Below, piece by piece: positions 28,914 through 39,631 of a DNA stretch of 64,000 nt. Within the stretch, counting starts at the first letter, position 1; each line of letters starts with the position of its first letter. The translations under genes and the position numbers were made by a program. The notes beneath the pieces are model-generated. The model was given only the letters and a program-made list of their open reading frames with translations. It was not told the DNA's origin and made no database searches. This DNA is from Escherichia coli (GTDB lineage Bacteria > Pseudomonadota > Gammaproteobacteria > Enterobacterales > Enterobacteriaceae): NCBI RefSeq assembly GCF_048403405.1, contig NZ_CP183129.1; one strand, written 5' to 3'.

Positions 28914-29193
28914 CAACTAGCTGGGCTGCGTACTTGTCCCACTCACGGCGATTAATCCATAACTCAGCATGACCGCCCGGCTTTAATGGGTCCGTCATAT
29001 AAAAGGCTGGTAACTTGCCTGCTTTCGCCATTTCAGCAACAGCGCGAGGCGTCTTACCGATGTAAAGAGCAAAACCCTCTTTCGAGAGCAAATCCGACGG
29101 TGCGGCTGCAAGTTTGATGTCACATTTTTTACTTTTTGTGAGATCAGATACTTTTTCTCCAACATCGTTATTCATTTCTGATCCAATACTCAT
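28897..29193 (-). CDS. cox: Cox (excisionase / early repressor of Pc)
   Basis: Motif FALYIGKTPRAVAEMAKAGKLPAFYMTDP resembles P2 Cox HTH region; ATG at 29193 with GAGGAT upstream; first gene of the early operon, divergent from C. Confidence 0.7.
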   Translation of the reverse strand: MSIGSEMNNDVGEKVSDLTKSKKCDIKLAAAPSDLLSKEGFALYIGKTPRAVAEMAKAGKLPAFYMTDPLKPGGHAELWINRREWDKYAAQLVDEAPT

Positions 29194-29297
29194 TTTGATA
29201 TCCTCAACTTTGGTGCCATTCAACCAGAGCTATTTGAAGCCGCTCTGCGTTGTTCTGGCGTGTCGCATACAACATAAATTACGAGATACGACAATTC
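29194..29297. promoter_or_regulatory. C/cox intergenic switch region (expected divergent Pe and Pc promoters and operators)
   Basis: Position between divergent cox and C; promoter elements not individually mapped. Confidence 0.5.
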
Positions 29298-29609
29298 ATG
29301 TCAAATACACAAATCACATCTCAAGCAGAGAAACTCGCACTTATTCGGGAATCAGAAAGAATGACAAGGAAGCAAGTTGCTGAATTAACTGGAATTAACT
29401 ACAACACCTATGCTGGATATGAGCAGGGAAAAGTAAAGATGTCTTTTGACGCAGGTATGAAATTTTTCAAGCCAGAAAGATTTCGCAAGTACCGTGACTG
29501 GTTCATGTTTGATGAAACTGATCCCGCTGGCGGACAAATAGCCCCGGCGCTCGCGCACATTGGGCAAGACTCAACAACCTTGCACCACTCAGACCAAAAG
29601 ACTGGCTGA
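29298..29609 (+). CDS. C: Immunity repressor C
   Basis: ATG at 29298 (MSNTQITSQAEKLALIRESE...); C-terminal GQIAPALAHIGQD...SDQKTG resembles P2 C. Confidence 0.8.
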   Translation: MSNTQITSQAEKLALIRESERMTRKQVAELTGINYNTYAGYEQGKVKMSFDAGMKFFKPERFRKYRDWFMFDETDPAGGQIAPALAHIGQDSTTLHHSDQKTG

Positions 29610-29702
29610 CGATTTATTCAGCATATGTGTGCAGTAAATGTACGAAAGAAAATTGCATTAATTTTCAAGTAGTAGAAGTAAACAGCGTCATCGGAGGGCT
29701 TT

Positions 29703-30698
29703 ATGTCTATTAAAAAGCTCGATGATGGTCGTTATGAAGTGGACGTCAGACCGCAGGGTGCAGATGGAAAACGTATCAGGCGGAAATTTAAAACTAAAGG
29801 TGAAGCTCAAGCATTCGAACGTCATGTGCTGGTTAACTACCACAACAAAGAGTGGCTGGAGAAGCCAGCCGACCGCCGAACTCTTACAGAGTTGTTAGGC
29901 AGATGGTGGATATATCACGGAAAATCACATGAGCGTGGAAATATTGAACGGGGGCGTTTGACGACAATAATCGCCAAATTTGCAGAAATGGGGGTGTCCA
30001 GAGCTGACCAGTTAACAAAGAAAACGATAACTGATTATCGAGTTGTAATGATGAACGATGGTCTAAAACCAGCCAGCGTAAATCGGCATCTGGCAATAAT
30101 GAGCGGGATGTTCACCAAGTTAATTGACGCCGGTGAATACCACTCTCACAACCCGTTCCGTGAGGTTAAGCGGTTACGTGAAGCTGTTACAGAAATGGCT
30201 TTTTTGTCCAGTGAAGAGATTACGCGGCTGTTATCCATGCTTGATGGTGATGAGTTAAATGCAACTCTGGTCTGCCTTTCTACTGGTGGACGCTGGAGTG
30301 AAGTGTCTAATTTGAAAGCTGAACACATCATTAACCAGATGGTTACGTTTATGAAAACTAAAAACGGAAAGCGCAGGACAATTCCCGTTTCGCAGGACCT
30401 GATTAAAAGGATCAAGACCAAAAATTCAGGCAGGCTTTTTAATGCCAGTTACTACAAAGTGCGTAACGCTCTCAGGGAAGTAAAACCCGATTTACCTGAC
30501 GGACAAGCAGTACATGTTTTGAGGCATACATTTGCCACACATTTTATAATGAATGGAGGTAACATAATCACATTGCAGCGCATCCTGGGTCATTCTAACA
30601 TTCAGCAAACTATGACCTACGCACACTTTGCACCGGATTTCTTACAAGATGCTGTGACTCTTAACCCGGTGTCAGGAATGTCCATAATGCGTCCATAA
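29703..30698 (+). CDS. int: Tyrosine integrase (P2 Int family)
   Basis: 331 aa; MSIKKLDDGRYEVDVRP..., HxxR and C-terminal catalytic region (LRHTFATHF...GHSNIQQTMTYAHF); last prophage gene before the host junction. Confidence 0.9.
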   Translation: MSIKKLDDGRYEVDVRPQGADGKRIRRKFKTKGEAQAFERHVLVNYHNKEWLEKPADRRTLTELLGRWWIYHGKSHERGNIERGRLTTIIAKFAEMGVSRADQLTKKTITDYRVVMMNDGLKPASVNRHLAIMSGMFTKLIDAGEYHSHNPFREVKRLREAVTEMAFLSSEEITRLLSMLDGDELNATLVCLSTGGRWSEVSNLKAEHIINQMVTFMKTKNGKRRTIPVSQDLIKRIKTKNSGRLFNASYYKVRNALREVKPDLPDGQAVHVLRHTFATHFIMNGGNIITLQRILGHSNIQQTMTYAHFAPDFLQDAVTLNPVSGMSIMRP

Positions 30699-30729
30699 AC
30701 CAGAGTTAACTAGAGCCAATTGAAGCGAT

Positions 30730-31527
30730 ATGAGTAATTTAACTAATTGTAATACAACAGAAAATACCGCTACGGCGGGGGCTACCAAGTCAGTTATTGG
30801 TCGCATTCACTCCTTTGAATCCTGTGGAACCGTAGACGGCCCGGGTATTCGCTTTATCACCTTTTTCCAGGGCTGCCTGATGCGCTGCCTGTATTGTCAT
30901 AACCGCGACACCTGGGACACGCATGGCGGTAAAGAAGTTACCGTTGAAGATTTAATGAAAGAGGTGGTGACCTATCGCCACTTTATGAACGCTTCCGGCG
31001 GCGGCGTTACCGCATCCGGCGGTGAAGCAATCCTGCAAGCTGAGTTTGTTCGTGACTGGTTCCGCGCCTGCAAAAAAGAAGGCATTCATACCTGTCTGGA
31101 CACCAACGGTTTTGTTCGTCGTTACGATCCGGTGATTGATGAACTGCTGGAAGTAACCGACCTGGTAATGCTCGATCTCAAACAGATGAACGACGAGATC
31201 CACCAAAATCTGGTTGGAGTTTCAAACCACCGCACGCTGGAGTTCGCCAAATATCTGGCGAACAAAAATGTGAAGGTGTGGATCCGCTACGTTGTTGTCC
31301 CAGGCTGGTCTGACGATGACGATTCAGCGCATCGCCTCGGTGAATTTACCCGTGATATGGGCAACGTTGAGAAAATCGAGCTTCTCCCCTACCACGAACT
31401 TGGCAAACACAAATGGGTGGCGATGGGTGAAGAATACAAACTTGATGGTGTTAAACCACCGAAGAAAGAGACCATGGAACGCGTGAAAGGCATTCTTGAG
31501 CAGTACGGTCATAAGGTAATGTTCTAA
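30730..31527 (+). CDS. pflA: Pyruvate formate-lyase activating enzyme, with prophage-junction-derived N-terminal extension
   Basis: From residue 21 ([22 protein letters not shown]..., radical-SAM CxxxCxxC) it matches E. coli PflA as remembered; the canonical ATG is AAG here and the frame opens at an upstream ATG (30730). Confidence 0.9.
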   Translation: MSNLTNCNTTENTATAGATKSVIGRIHSFESCGTVDGPGIRFITFFQGCLMRCLYCHNRDTWDTHGGKEVTVEDLMKEVVTYRHFMNASGGGVTASGGEAILQAEFVRDWFRACKKEGIHTCLDTNGFVRRYDPVIDELLEVTDLVMLDLKQMNDEIHQNLVGVSNHRTLEFAKYLANKNVKVWIRYVVVPGWSDDDDSAHRLGEFTRDMGNVEKIELLPYHELGKHKWVAMGEEYKLDGVKPPKKETMERVKGILEQYGHKVMF

Positions 31528-31539
31528 TTTCCCCGTAAA

Positions 31540-31569
31540 GCGGCAACTTTTTTGAGTTGCCGCTTTTTT
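31540..31569 (+). terminator. Rho-independent terminator after pflA
   Basis: GCGGCAAC-loop-GTTGCCGC followed by TTTTTT. Confidence 0.8.
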
Positions 31570-31736
31570 ATTCCGCTCTGCATAAATAATTCAGAGCTCT
31601 ATTTCTAACGCCCTTACAGCACAGCTTCCAAATGTATTACCCAAACCGCCAGTATATGTCCTGCGGCTTACGCGCATTTCTCGATTATGTAAAAACGGGT
31701 CAGATCTGCCAGAGTCAGCGTCACCGACCACAATAA

Positions 31737-33167
31737 TTATTTACCATTCGCTTTACGCGCCAGCAGCGGGAATATCAGTCCTAATCCTACCAACACAAAC
31801 GGCGTTGCAACATTCAGCGCCAACTGGAAGGTCCACTCTGCAGTGAAGGCTTCCATTTTCGGGAAAATACCAGTCAAACAGGCAAAGGCGGTAAAGGCAA
31901 AACACCAAATCCCGACGGTCATTGCCAGAGGCTTATTACGAATAAAGACATATTCTGGTTTATATTTCTGCGCCAGGCGAACGACTGCAATAAATGCAAC
32001 AAATACCCATAAATAACGCAGCGGCATCACTACCGAATTAAGGTTCAACAGCCATTTATAGAGATTGTTCATATCACCAATGCCGAGAGTCGGTAGCATT
32101 ATCAGAATCGCCACCAGCACCAGGGTCAGAAAATAGCCATTAACGGGCGTACCAGAAGCGTTGGTACGACATAAACTGGCTGGAATATATTTGCTGTCAG
32201 CATCGCCTAATAACACTTTAAGCGGCGCATCAATCGAGAATACCAGCGCAGCTACTTGTCCCAGGGTATTCGCAATGGCATAAATCACCATTAAAGTATT
32301 ACCCATGTTGTAATACTCGCCCAGCTTCTGAAAGGCGTAATACTGACCGTTAGTCATTAAGTCATCCGGGATATTACGCGAGTCAAACATCATCCCCATC
32401 GCCAGTGAGCCCAGAATGGCACAAACCGCAACCATCACCGCCAGGCATAACATCCCTTTTGGAAATTCTTTTCCTGGGTTGCGCGTTTGATTAACGTAAG
32501 GAGAAATCTTCTCTGCTCCGCCAACCGCGAAAACCAGCATTGAAATAGTGGTAATGTAGGTAAAGTCGATATGAGGAATGAACGTTTCCCAGGTAATGTT
32601 TGTGGTCGCAATATGCACTTCAGTAATTGCAGGCGCGGTTACCGCCATCGCCACATACAGGAGCGACATAACAAACATCGCAATCCCTGCCACAGAACCG
32701 ACGATTTTCAGCGATTTCATACCGCGTGAAGCAACCCACATAAAGAAGATAAACAGCACCAGCGTTAACCCCTGTAACGCTACGACTGAATATTCTTTGA
32801 TTAACGAACCGTCGCCTTTCATCGCCCAACCGAGCGCAATCAGTATTGCCTGGGGTTTTTGTGCCAGATAGGGAATATGCACTACCCAGTAGGTCCACGC
32901 GGCGAGGTAAGCCAGTCCGGGTCCCATCGTGTGTTTAATCCAGGTACTGACCCCGCCCTTCCCATCTTTGAAGGTCGAGCCTAACTGACCAACAATTAGC
33001 GCATAAGGTGTGAAATAGAGCGCAAAGATAAACACCCATGAAAAAACAACCACCAGCCCCTGGTTGGCGTAGTTATTAACAACGTTGCCAAAACCCCAGA
33101 CAGTGATAAAAGACATCAGCGCAATGTTGTACCATCGCAGCTGTTTTTCCTGAACATTCCCAGCCAT
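31737..33167 (-). CDS. ycaM: Putative APC-family transporter YcaM
   Basis: Start taken at MAGNVQEKQLRWYNIALMSF (476 aa); polytopic membrane protein. Confidence 0.8.
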   Translation of the reverse strand: MAGNVQEKQLRWYNIALMSFITVWGFGNVVNNYANQGLVVVFSWVFIFALYFTPYALIVGQLGSTFKDGKGGVSTWIKHTMGPGLAYLAAWTYWVVHIPYLAQKPQAILIALGWAMKGDGSLIKEYSVVALQGLTLVLFIFFMWVASRGMKSLKIVGSVAGIAMFVMSLLYVAMAVTAPAITEVHIATTNITWETFIPHIDFTYITTISMLVFAVGGAEKISPYVNQTRNPGKEFPKGMLCLAVMVAVCAILGSLAMGMMFDSRNIPDDLMTNGQYYAFQKLGEYYNMGNTLMVIYAIANTLGQVAALVFSIDAPLKVLLGDADSKYIPASLCRTNASGTPVNGYFLTLVLVAILIMLPTLGIGDMNNLYKWLLNLNSVVMPLRYLWVFVAFIAVVRLAQKYKPEYVFIRNKPLAMTVGIWCFAFTAFACLTGIFPKMEAFTAEWTFQLALNVATPFVLVGLGLIFPLLARKANGK

Positions 33168-33376
33168 AGACAAATCCTTCGCCAAAATTAAAGGGGCATC
33201 TGTAAAACGAGGGATTATGCGCGGCAAATAAGAAGTGCGGAAATAGCGAAATGCAAAATTATAACCTGCTGCACATTTTATTTTTAAACGAATAAAATTT
33301 GGAATAAAGCAAGTCAGATAGAAGAAACAAAAAAGCAGAGTGTGAAACAGTAAGTTCACACTCTGCTTGAATTCAT

Positions 33377-34525
33377 TTACACGTGAGCAACGGGTTTCGG
33401 CGTATGACCGGCGTTGCGAAGCAGCATCAGCAAATAGATAAACGATACGCTGGCGATCATGATAAACAATAAATTATCGGAGAAATTCTGCATTAGCATG
33501 GCAGTAAATGACGGGCCAAGCAGACTTCCCACGGTATAGCTCAACAGTAAGGCCTGGTTCATCGCCACCAGTTGATGATGTTCAACTTTCTCGCAAGCCC
33601 ATGCCATCGCCACCGGATATAGCGTAAAGCCAGCGGCACCGAGGATGAATAACGCTGGGGCCATCGCCGCCTGGCTAAGCATCGCGATACTGCCGAGAAT
33701 GACGACAAAGACCTGAACACGCAACACCAGCAGTCGACCAAACTTATCCGCCAGACGTCCAATCGGCCATTGTCCAAGGATACCCGCACTGACCAGTACC
33801 GCCATCCAGAAACCAATGCTGGCATTGCTCACCCCTTTGTGATTGAGGTACAGCGGCATCAGGCCATATAGAGATCCCAGAACGATTCCTGAGATAATGC
33901 AGCCATTCACGCCAAGCCGCGCCTGACGGAGTTTTAGCATTGACGTAATTGACGTCGCATCATGGTTTTCAGCCTGCTGATTCAGCACACGCGTAAACAA
34001 CAACGGTAAGATCCCTGCCAACGTCAAACCTGTAACCCACGGCAATACGGACATCAGCTCGGTTGAAACTTTGCTGACCAGTAACTGGCCTAAAAACGTT
34101 CCCACGTAATAAACCATCATATACGCAGCAAGCAAACGCCCACGGTTACGTGACGTCCCACTGCACATCAGCGCGCTCTCAACAACCACCCAAATCATGG
34201 CACAGCCGACGCCGGCGACAAAACGCCAAGCCAACCAGCTCCAGAATCCAATCATTAGACCAAGGCCGGCACAGCCAGCGGCAAAAATGAAGGAGGCCAG
34301 ATAATAGCTGCGGTTAAAGCCAATGCGCTTAATGACATACCCTGTCAGCAATGTACCGACCAGGTTGCCGGTAAAATAGGATGAGCTGACAACGCCTACC
34401 TGCCATGTGGACATGTGTTCCTGGGCGAGCCAAAGCGGTACGAGTGTATTTAACACTGCGATCGCCAGAGTCAACAAAAGCAGGCCAGACAGCAAAAGCA
34501 TGACAGGCCGGGTATACGTGGACAT
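33377..34525 (-). CDS. ycaD: MFS transporter YcaD
   Basis: 382 aa, multiple TM helices. Confidence 0.8.
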   Translation of the reverse strand: MSTYTRPVMLLLSGLLLLTLAIAVLNTLVPLWLAQEHMSTWQVGVVSSSYFTGNLVGTLLTGYVIKRIGFNRSYYLASFIFAAGCAGLGLMIGFWSWLAWRFVAGVGCAMIWVVVESALMCSGTSRNRGRLLAAYMMVYYVGTFLGQLLVSKVSTELMSVLPWVTGLTLAGILPLLFTRVLNQQAENHDATSITSMLKLRQARLGVNGCIISGIVLGSLYGLMPLYLNHKGVSNASIGFWMAVLVSAGILGQWPIGRLADKFGRLLVLRVQVFVVILGSIAMLSQAAMAPALFILGAAGFTLYPVAMAWACEKVEHHQLVAMNQALLLSYTVGSLLGPSFTAMLMQNFSDNLLFIMIASVSFIYLLMLLRNAGHTPKPVAHV

Positions 34526-34839
34526 GAATTAAAACCGTGAGGAAGTTCAAATTTCATGCGCATCATGCCACCGCCAAAAACATTGTCAATGGGTGAAAAT
34601 ACGCGCATATCGCAGCGGAGGTATTATCGATTTATATTACTCATTCATAACGCTAATGCTGGAGAGACGATTAATCTCATCTGATTGTTTTTATTGATCT
34701 AACACAAATTTCATACGCTTCGTTCAGTCGAAAAATTTCATGGTCACAGCAAACTCATATTTCCCGTCTATGCTTTCAGAGCAATGCATCGCGTCTGACC
34801 GATTTCAGACGTACCACTGACTCTCGAAAGGAGAAGAGG

Positions 34840-35466
34840 ATGACCAAACCGTATGTTCGTCTTGATAAAAATGATGCTGCCGTTTTGCTTGTTGATCACC
34901 AGGCTGGTTTACTTTCCCTTGTACGGGATATCGAACCCGATAAGTTTAAAAATAACGTGCTGGCGCTGGGTGACCTGGCTAAGTATTTCAACTTACCAAC
35001 TATTCTTACCACCAGTTTTGAAACCGGTCCTAACGGCCCATTAGTTCCAGAACTGAAAGCACAATTCCCCGATGCACCTTACATTGCTCGCCCGGGCAAT
35101 ATTAACGCCTGGGATAACGAAGATTTTGTAAAAGCAGTCAAAGCGACAGGTAAAAAACAGTTAATTATTGCCGGTGTGGTAACCGAAGTTTGCGTGGCAT
35201 TCCCGGCGCTTTCAGCCATTGAAGAGGGGTTTGATGTATTTGTCGTGACTGATGCATCAGGGACCTTTAATGAAATTACCCGGCATTCGGCGTGGGATCG
35301 CATGTCGCAAGCTGGTGCGCAATTGATGACATGGTTCGGCGTGGCTTGCGAGCTGCACCGTGACTGGCGTAATGATATTGAAGGACTGGCGACGTTGTTC
35401 TCTAACCACATTCCTGATTATCGTAATTTGATGACCAGTTATGACACATTAACGAAGCAGAAATAA
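34840..35466 (+). CDS. ycaC: Isochorismatase-family hydrolase YcaC
   Basis: 208 aa, ATG at 34840 with GGAG upstream. Confidence 0.85.
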   Translation: MTKPYVRLDKNDAAVLLVDHQAGLLSLVRDIEPDKFKNNVLALGDLAKYFNLPTILTTSFETGPNGPLVPELKAQFPDAPYIARPGNINAWDNEDFVKAVKATGKKQLIIAGVVTEVCVAFPALSAIEEGFDVFVVTDASGTFNEITRHSAWDRMSQAGAQLMTWFGVACELHRDWRNDIEGLATLFSNHIPDYRNLMTSYDTLTKQK

Positions 35467-35501
35467 AAGAGAACCGGGGTCGAAACCCCGGTTGTTACTG
35501 A

Positions 35502-36365
35502 TTAGCTTGCGACGGCCATCCCCACGGTCATATGCAAACCATAGAATACGCCGCGACCGATTAATTCCCCTGCCAGAAGCAGAATGAATGATACGGAAAG
35601 TAGCGGAACCGCAGGCTGATAACCTTTTAGCTGTGGTGCAATCCACAAGCACAGGGCAACAGCCAAAAGCACGATCCGCCAGGACATCAGCGCACCATAG
35701 TCCGGCACCAGCGCTGCGGCCTGCTGCACAGAGCTATGAATAGTCGCCAGCTCTGCGCCCTGCATCACTGACACCACGCCACTCACTACCAGGGCCAGTA
35801 CAGAAATGGCTGGCAGCAGACGCATCGCCCAGCCATCGACGCCAGCCAGACTCAGCAACAGGTAACCCAGTAACGGGCCGCCCATAAACATCGTCAGGAA
35901 GAAGCCCATCGGCGTCCAGATGCTGTACCAGGTCGGAACGGTATCAATGCTGTTATACACACGCACCATCATCCAGACAAAGATGACGCCAAGAACCATC
36001 GTCACTATCAGCCACAGCGTACGCAATGCCGGTGACAGCTTTTTCAGCATTGCCAGCAACCAGCCGATGCCACCAACAGCAAAAAAGATCGAACCGCTGG
36101 CGATTTCGTTACTGAGTGCTGAAGCCCCTACCCGGTTGAGCGAGTTAAAGGCGCGCATCGGTGAACCAAGATGAAGCATAGAGGCGATAAAGCCAATGCC
36201 CATCAGCACCCATAAACCAAACATGCAGGCAATAACACGCTGCTGGGCTTCTGCTCGCAGGTCGCCTTTGAGCAGCGCCAAAGCCAGAACGATAAAACCA
36301 CCCGCTACACATTGCCCGAAGACCGTGAAGATCATCAGCGGCCATTCATGCCATCCACTTCCCAT
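35502..36365 (-). CDS. dmsC: DMSO reductase membrane anchor subunit
   Basis: Start at MGSGWHEWPLMIFTVFGQ (287 aa). Confidence 0.85.
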   Translation of the reverse strand: MGSGWHEWPLMIFTVFGQCVAGGFIVLALALLKGDLRAEAQQRVIACMFGLWVLMGIGFIASMLHLGSPMRAFNSLNRVGASALSNEIASGSIFFAVGGIGWLLAMLKKLSPALRTLWLIVTMVLGVIFVWMMVRVYNSIDTVPTWYSIWTPMGFFLTMFMGGPLLGYLLLSLAGVDGWAMRLLPAISVLALVVSGVVSVMQGAELATIHSSVQQAAALVPDYGALMSWRIVLLAVALCLWIAPQLKGYQPAVPLLSVSFILLLAGELIGRGVFYGLHMTVGMAVAS

Positions 36366-36366
36366 C

Positions 36367-36984
36367 TCACACCTCCTTCGGGTTTGCCAGATAGCCAGTG
36401 GTATCCCCGGTCGGGCGGCTGTTGGCATTGGGTTTGATCACAATATTCGGTTTGGTAAAGTGAGCTCGCGGCAACGGCGCAACGGCCGCCAGATCGCCAT
36501 GTTTTTTACGCAGCTCGTCGATAGGGCCGAAATCCAGCGCCCGCAGCGGGCAAGATTCAACACAGATCGGCTTTTTCCCCTCCGCAACACGGTCATAACA
36601 ACCATCGCATTTGGTCATATGGCCTTTCGTTTCGTTATATTGCGGTGCGCCATACGGGCAAGCCATATGGCAGTAGCGGCAGCCAATGCACACATCTTCA
36701 TCGACCACAACAAAACCATCTTCACGTTTATGCATCGCACCGCTCGGGCAGACTTTAGTACAAGCCGGATCTTCGCAGTGGTTACATGAAATCGACAGAT
36801 AGTAGGCAAACACGTTCTGATGCCAGACACCGTTATCTTCCTGCCAGTCACCGCCAGCATATTCATAAATGCGGCGGAAGCTGACTTCCGGCGTCAGATC
36901 TTTATAGTCTTTACAGGCCAGCTCGCAGGTTTTGCAACCGGTGCAACGGCTGGAATCAATAAAAAATCCATACTGGGTTGTCAT
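36367..36984 (-). CDS. dmsB: DMSO reductase iron-sulfur subunit
   Basis: 205 aa with multiple CxxCxxCxxxCP ferredoxin motifs. Confidence 0.9.
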   Translation of the reverse strand: MTTQYGFFIDSSRCTGCKTCELACKDYKDLTPEVSFRRIYEYAGGDWQEDNGVWHQNVFAYYLSISCNHCEDPACTKVCPSGAMHKREDGFVVVDEDVCIGCRYCHMACPYGAPQYNETKGHMTKCDGCYDRVAEGKKPICVESCPLRALDFGPIDELRKKHGDLAAVAPLPRAHFTKPNIVIKPNANSRPTGDTTGYLANPKEV

Positions 36985-36994
36985 CGGTTACTCC

Positions 36995-39439
36995 TTACAC
37001 CTTTTCAACCTGAACAAGGTTTGTATGTGACGGATTCCCCTTAGCGAGAGGAGACGGACGTTGAGTGGTCAGTACATTGATACAACCGCCCTTATCGACA
37101 CGTTTTGCATCCGGGTCATACCAGGCACCTTCACCCAGTGCGACCACACCCGGCATCATTCGTGGCGTCACTTTCGCCTCAATATGAACCTCACCACGAT
37201 CGTTAAAGATCCTGACTTTATCGCCGTTGTTGATACCGCGTTTTTGCGCATCAAGCGGGTTGATCCACATTTCCTGACGGCAAGCCGCTTTCAGCACATC
37301 AACGTTGCCGTAAGTTGAGTGAACGCGAGATTTATAGTGGAAACCCGTAAGCTGCAGCGGATATTGTTTGTTCAGCGGATCCTGATAACTTTCAAAGCCC
37401 GGCGTATAGATCGGCAGTGGATCGATCACATCGCCTTCTGGCAATTCCCAAGTCGCGGCAATGTCAGCCAGCGCCTGCGAATAAATCTCAATTTTACCCG
37501 ATGGCGTGGTCAGTGGATTTGCCTGAGGATCTTCACGGAAAGCTTTATAAGCAACGTGGTGCCCTTGTGGGTCGCGCTTTTTAAAGATCCCCTGCTTGCG
37601 GAACTCTTCAAACGTTGGCAGTTCAGGAATCGCTTCCCGCGACTGGGCATACAGATGCCGCATCCACTCTTCCTGTGTACGGCCTTCAGTAAACTGTTGC
37701 TCAACGCCAAGACGTTTTGCCAGTTCGCTGGTCATTTCATAGATGGTCTTACATTCAAAGCGCGGTTTAATCACCTGATCGTTGAAAATCACGTAAGACA
37801 TATTCCCGCAGGATGCATCCAGTGCAAAGTCCATCTGTTCGGAAGCGGTGCAGTCAGGCAGCAGGATGTCAGCATATTTCGCTGATGAGGTCATGTGGCA
37901 GTCGATAACCACAATCAGCTCGCACTTCTTATCATCCTGAAGGATTTCATGGGTACGGTTGATTTCAGAATGCTGGTTAATCAGGCAGTTACCGGCATAG
38001 TTCCAGATCATTTTGATCGGCACATCCAGCTTATCTTTCCCGCGCACACCATCACGCAGCGCTGTCATTTCCGGGCCACGTTCAATGGCATCGGTCCACA
38101 TAAACATCGAAATGCTGGTCTGGATCGGGTTTTCGAGGGTCGGCATACGGACAAACGGTAAGCTGTATGAACCTTCACGCGCGCCGCTGTTGCCTCCGTT
38201 AATACCAACGTTACCGGTCAGAATCGCCAGCATCGAGATAGCACGGGTTGCGATTTCACCGTTAGCGTGACGCTGCGGGCCCCATCCCTGGCTGATAAAC
38301 GCCGGTTTGGTACTGCCGATTTCACGAGCCAGTTTGATGATTTTGTCTGCCGGAACACCGGTGATTTGCGAGGCCCATTCCGGCGTTTTAGCCACGCCAT
38401 CTGGCCCTTCACCCAGAATATAAGCTTTATAGTGACCATTTTTCGGCGCACTGGCTGGCAGTGTTTTCTCGTCGTAGCCAACGCAATATTTATCGAGGAA
38501 TGCCTGATCCACCAGGTTTTCGGTGATCATGACATACGCCAGACCGTTAACCAGTGCGGCATCTGTTCCCGGACGAATGGGGATCCACTCATCTTCGCGC
38601 CCGGCTCCGGTGTCGGTATAGCGCGGATCGATGATGATCATGCGAGCATTAGATTTCTGACGCGCCTGTTCAAGATAGTAAGTCACCCCACCGCCACTCA
38701 TTCGCGTTTCGCCAGGGTTATTACCAAACAGCACTACCAGTTTACTGTTTTCGATATCCGACGGGCTGTTACCATCTGCCCAGCCGCCGTAGGTATAGTT
38801 CAAACCTTCCGCAATTTGCGCGGAAGAGTAGTCACCGTAATGGTTCAGATAACCGCCGCAGCAGTTCATCAGGCGAGCGACCAGGGTATTTCCCGGCGGC
38901 CAGGAGCGGGTCATGGTGCCGCCCAGCGTACCGGTACCATAGTTCAGATAGATAGACTCGTTGCCGTACTCTTTGATCAGGCGCTGCATATTGGTCGCGA
39001 TGATGTCGTAGGCTTCTTCCCAGCTAATGCGCTCGAATTTGCCTTCACCGCGCGCCCCGACTCGTTTCATCGGATATTTCAGGCGGTCCGGATTGTAGAC
39101 ACGGCGACGCATGGAACGCCCACGCAGACAGGCGCGCACCTGGTGCAGGCCGTCATAGTTGTCATCGCCGGTATTATCCGTTTCAACATATTTAATTTCA
39201 CCGTCCACAACGTGCATACGTAGCGGGCAGCGACTACCACAGTTAACTGTACAGGCGCTCCAGATAACCTTTTCGTCTGATTTTGTTGGAATGGCGCTAT
39301 CGACAGCGTGCGCAATCCGACTAAAAGGTAATGTTAATGCGCTGCTGGCCATTGCCAGGCCGCCGATCGCTGTCGTTTTTACCAAACCACGGCGACTCAC
39401 CTCAGCAGCCAATACCGCATCAGGGATTTTCGTTTTCAT
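36995..39439 (-). CDS. dmsA: DMSO reductase catalytic subunit (molybdopterin, Tat signal)
   Basis: 814 aa, N-terminal twin-arginine signal (SRRGLVKTTAIGGLAMASSALTLPF). Confidence 0.9.
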   Translation of the reverse strand: MKTKIPDAVLAAEVSRRGLVKTTAIGGLAMASSALTLPFSRIAHAVDSAIPTKSDEKVIWSACTVNCGSRCPLRMHVVDGEIKYVETDNTGDDNYDGLHQVRACLRGRSMRRRVYNPDRLKYPMKRVGARGEGKFERISWEEAYDIIATNMQRLIKEYGNESIYLNYGTGTLGGTMTRSWPPGNTLVARLMNCCGGYLNHYGDYSSAQIAEGLNYTYGGWADGNSPSDIENSKLVVLFGNNPGETRMSGGGVTYYLEQARQKSNARMIIIDPRYTDTGAGREDEWIPIRPGTDAALVNGLAYVMITENLVDQAFLDKYCVGYDEKTLPASAPKNGHYKAYILGEGPDGVAKTPEWASQITGVPADKIIKLAREIGSTKPAFISQGWGPQRHANGEIATRAISMLAILTGNVGINGGNSGAREGSYSLPFVRMPTLENPIQTSISMFMWTDAIERGPEMTALRDGVRGKDKLDVPIKMIWNYAGNCLINQHSEINRTHEILQDDKKCELIVVIDCHMTSSAKYADILLPDCTASEQMDFALDASCGNMSYVIFNDQVIKPRFECKTIYEMTSELAKRLGVEQQFTEGRTQEEWMRHLYAQSREAIPELPTFEEFRKQGIFKKRDPQGHHVAYKAFREDPQANPLTTPSGKIEIYSQALADIAATWELPEGDVIDPLPIYTPGFESYQDPLNKQYPLQLTGFHYKSRVHSTYGNVDVLKAACRQEMWINPLDAQKRGINNGDKVRIFNDRGEVHIEAKVTPRMMPGVVALGEGAWYDPDAKRVDKGGCINVLTTQRPSPLAKGNPSHTNLVQVEKV

Positions 39440-39609
39440 AATGGCTCACTCAAGCTTGCTCACGATTGATTCCAGTAACAAACCGTATTGTGTAATTATT
39501 TCTATAGCAGGTCGCTATATAGGCTTGTATACATCGAATAATTTGAAAATCAAAGAGATAGGTAGATTTTCACTCGAAAGTAGTATTACGTGTAAGTGAG
39601 GAGTAATTA

Positions 39610-39623
39610 TTGTTCGGTATCAA
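39610..39623 (-). promoter_or_regulatory. FNR-like binding site TTGATACCGAACAA upstream of dmsA
   Basis: Minus-strand sequence matches the FNR half-site pattern TTGAT-N4-ATCAA with one deviation; dmsABC is FNR-activated (established knowledge). Confidence 0.5.
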
Positions 39624-39631
39624 AGGGAGAC

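Larger units (their letters stand above)
1..30760. mobile_element. P2-like prophage, right-hand ~30.8 kb (gene E through integrase); left end (T, U, D, ogr, other att) lies outside the window
   Basis: Collinear P2 gene order E-FII-FI-[cargo]-G-H-I-J-W-V-[cargo]-S-R-lysC/B/A-K-Y-X-L-M-N-O/P-Q-[cargo]-cos-[cargo]-A-orf83..orf78-B-cox-C-int read from the translated ORFs; host pflA coding sequence resumes by ~30788. Right boundary is approximate. Confidence 0.9.

Noticed and set aside
36196-36789. 197-aa plus-strand ORF
   Set aside because: Antisense to dmsB/dmsC, which are strongly supported by Fe-S motifs and operon context.
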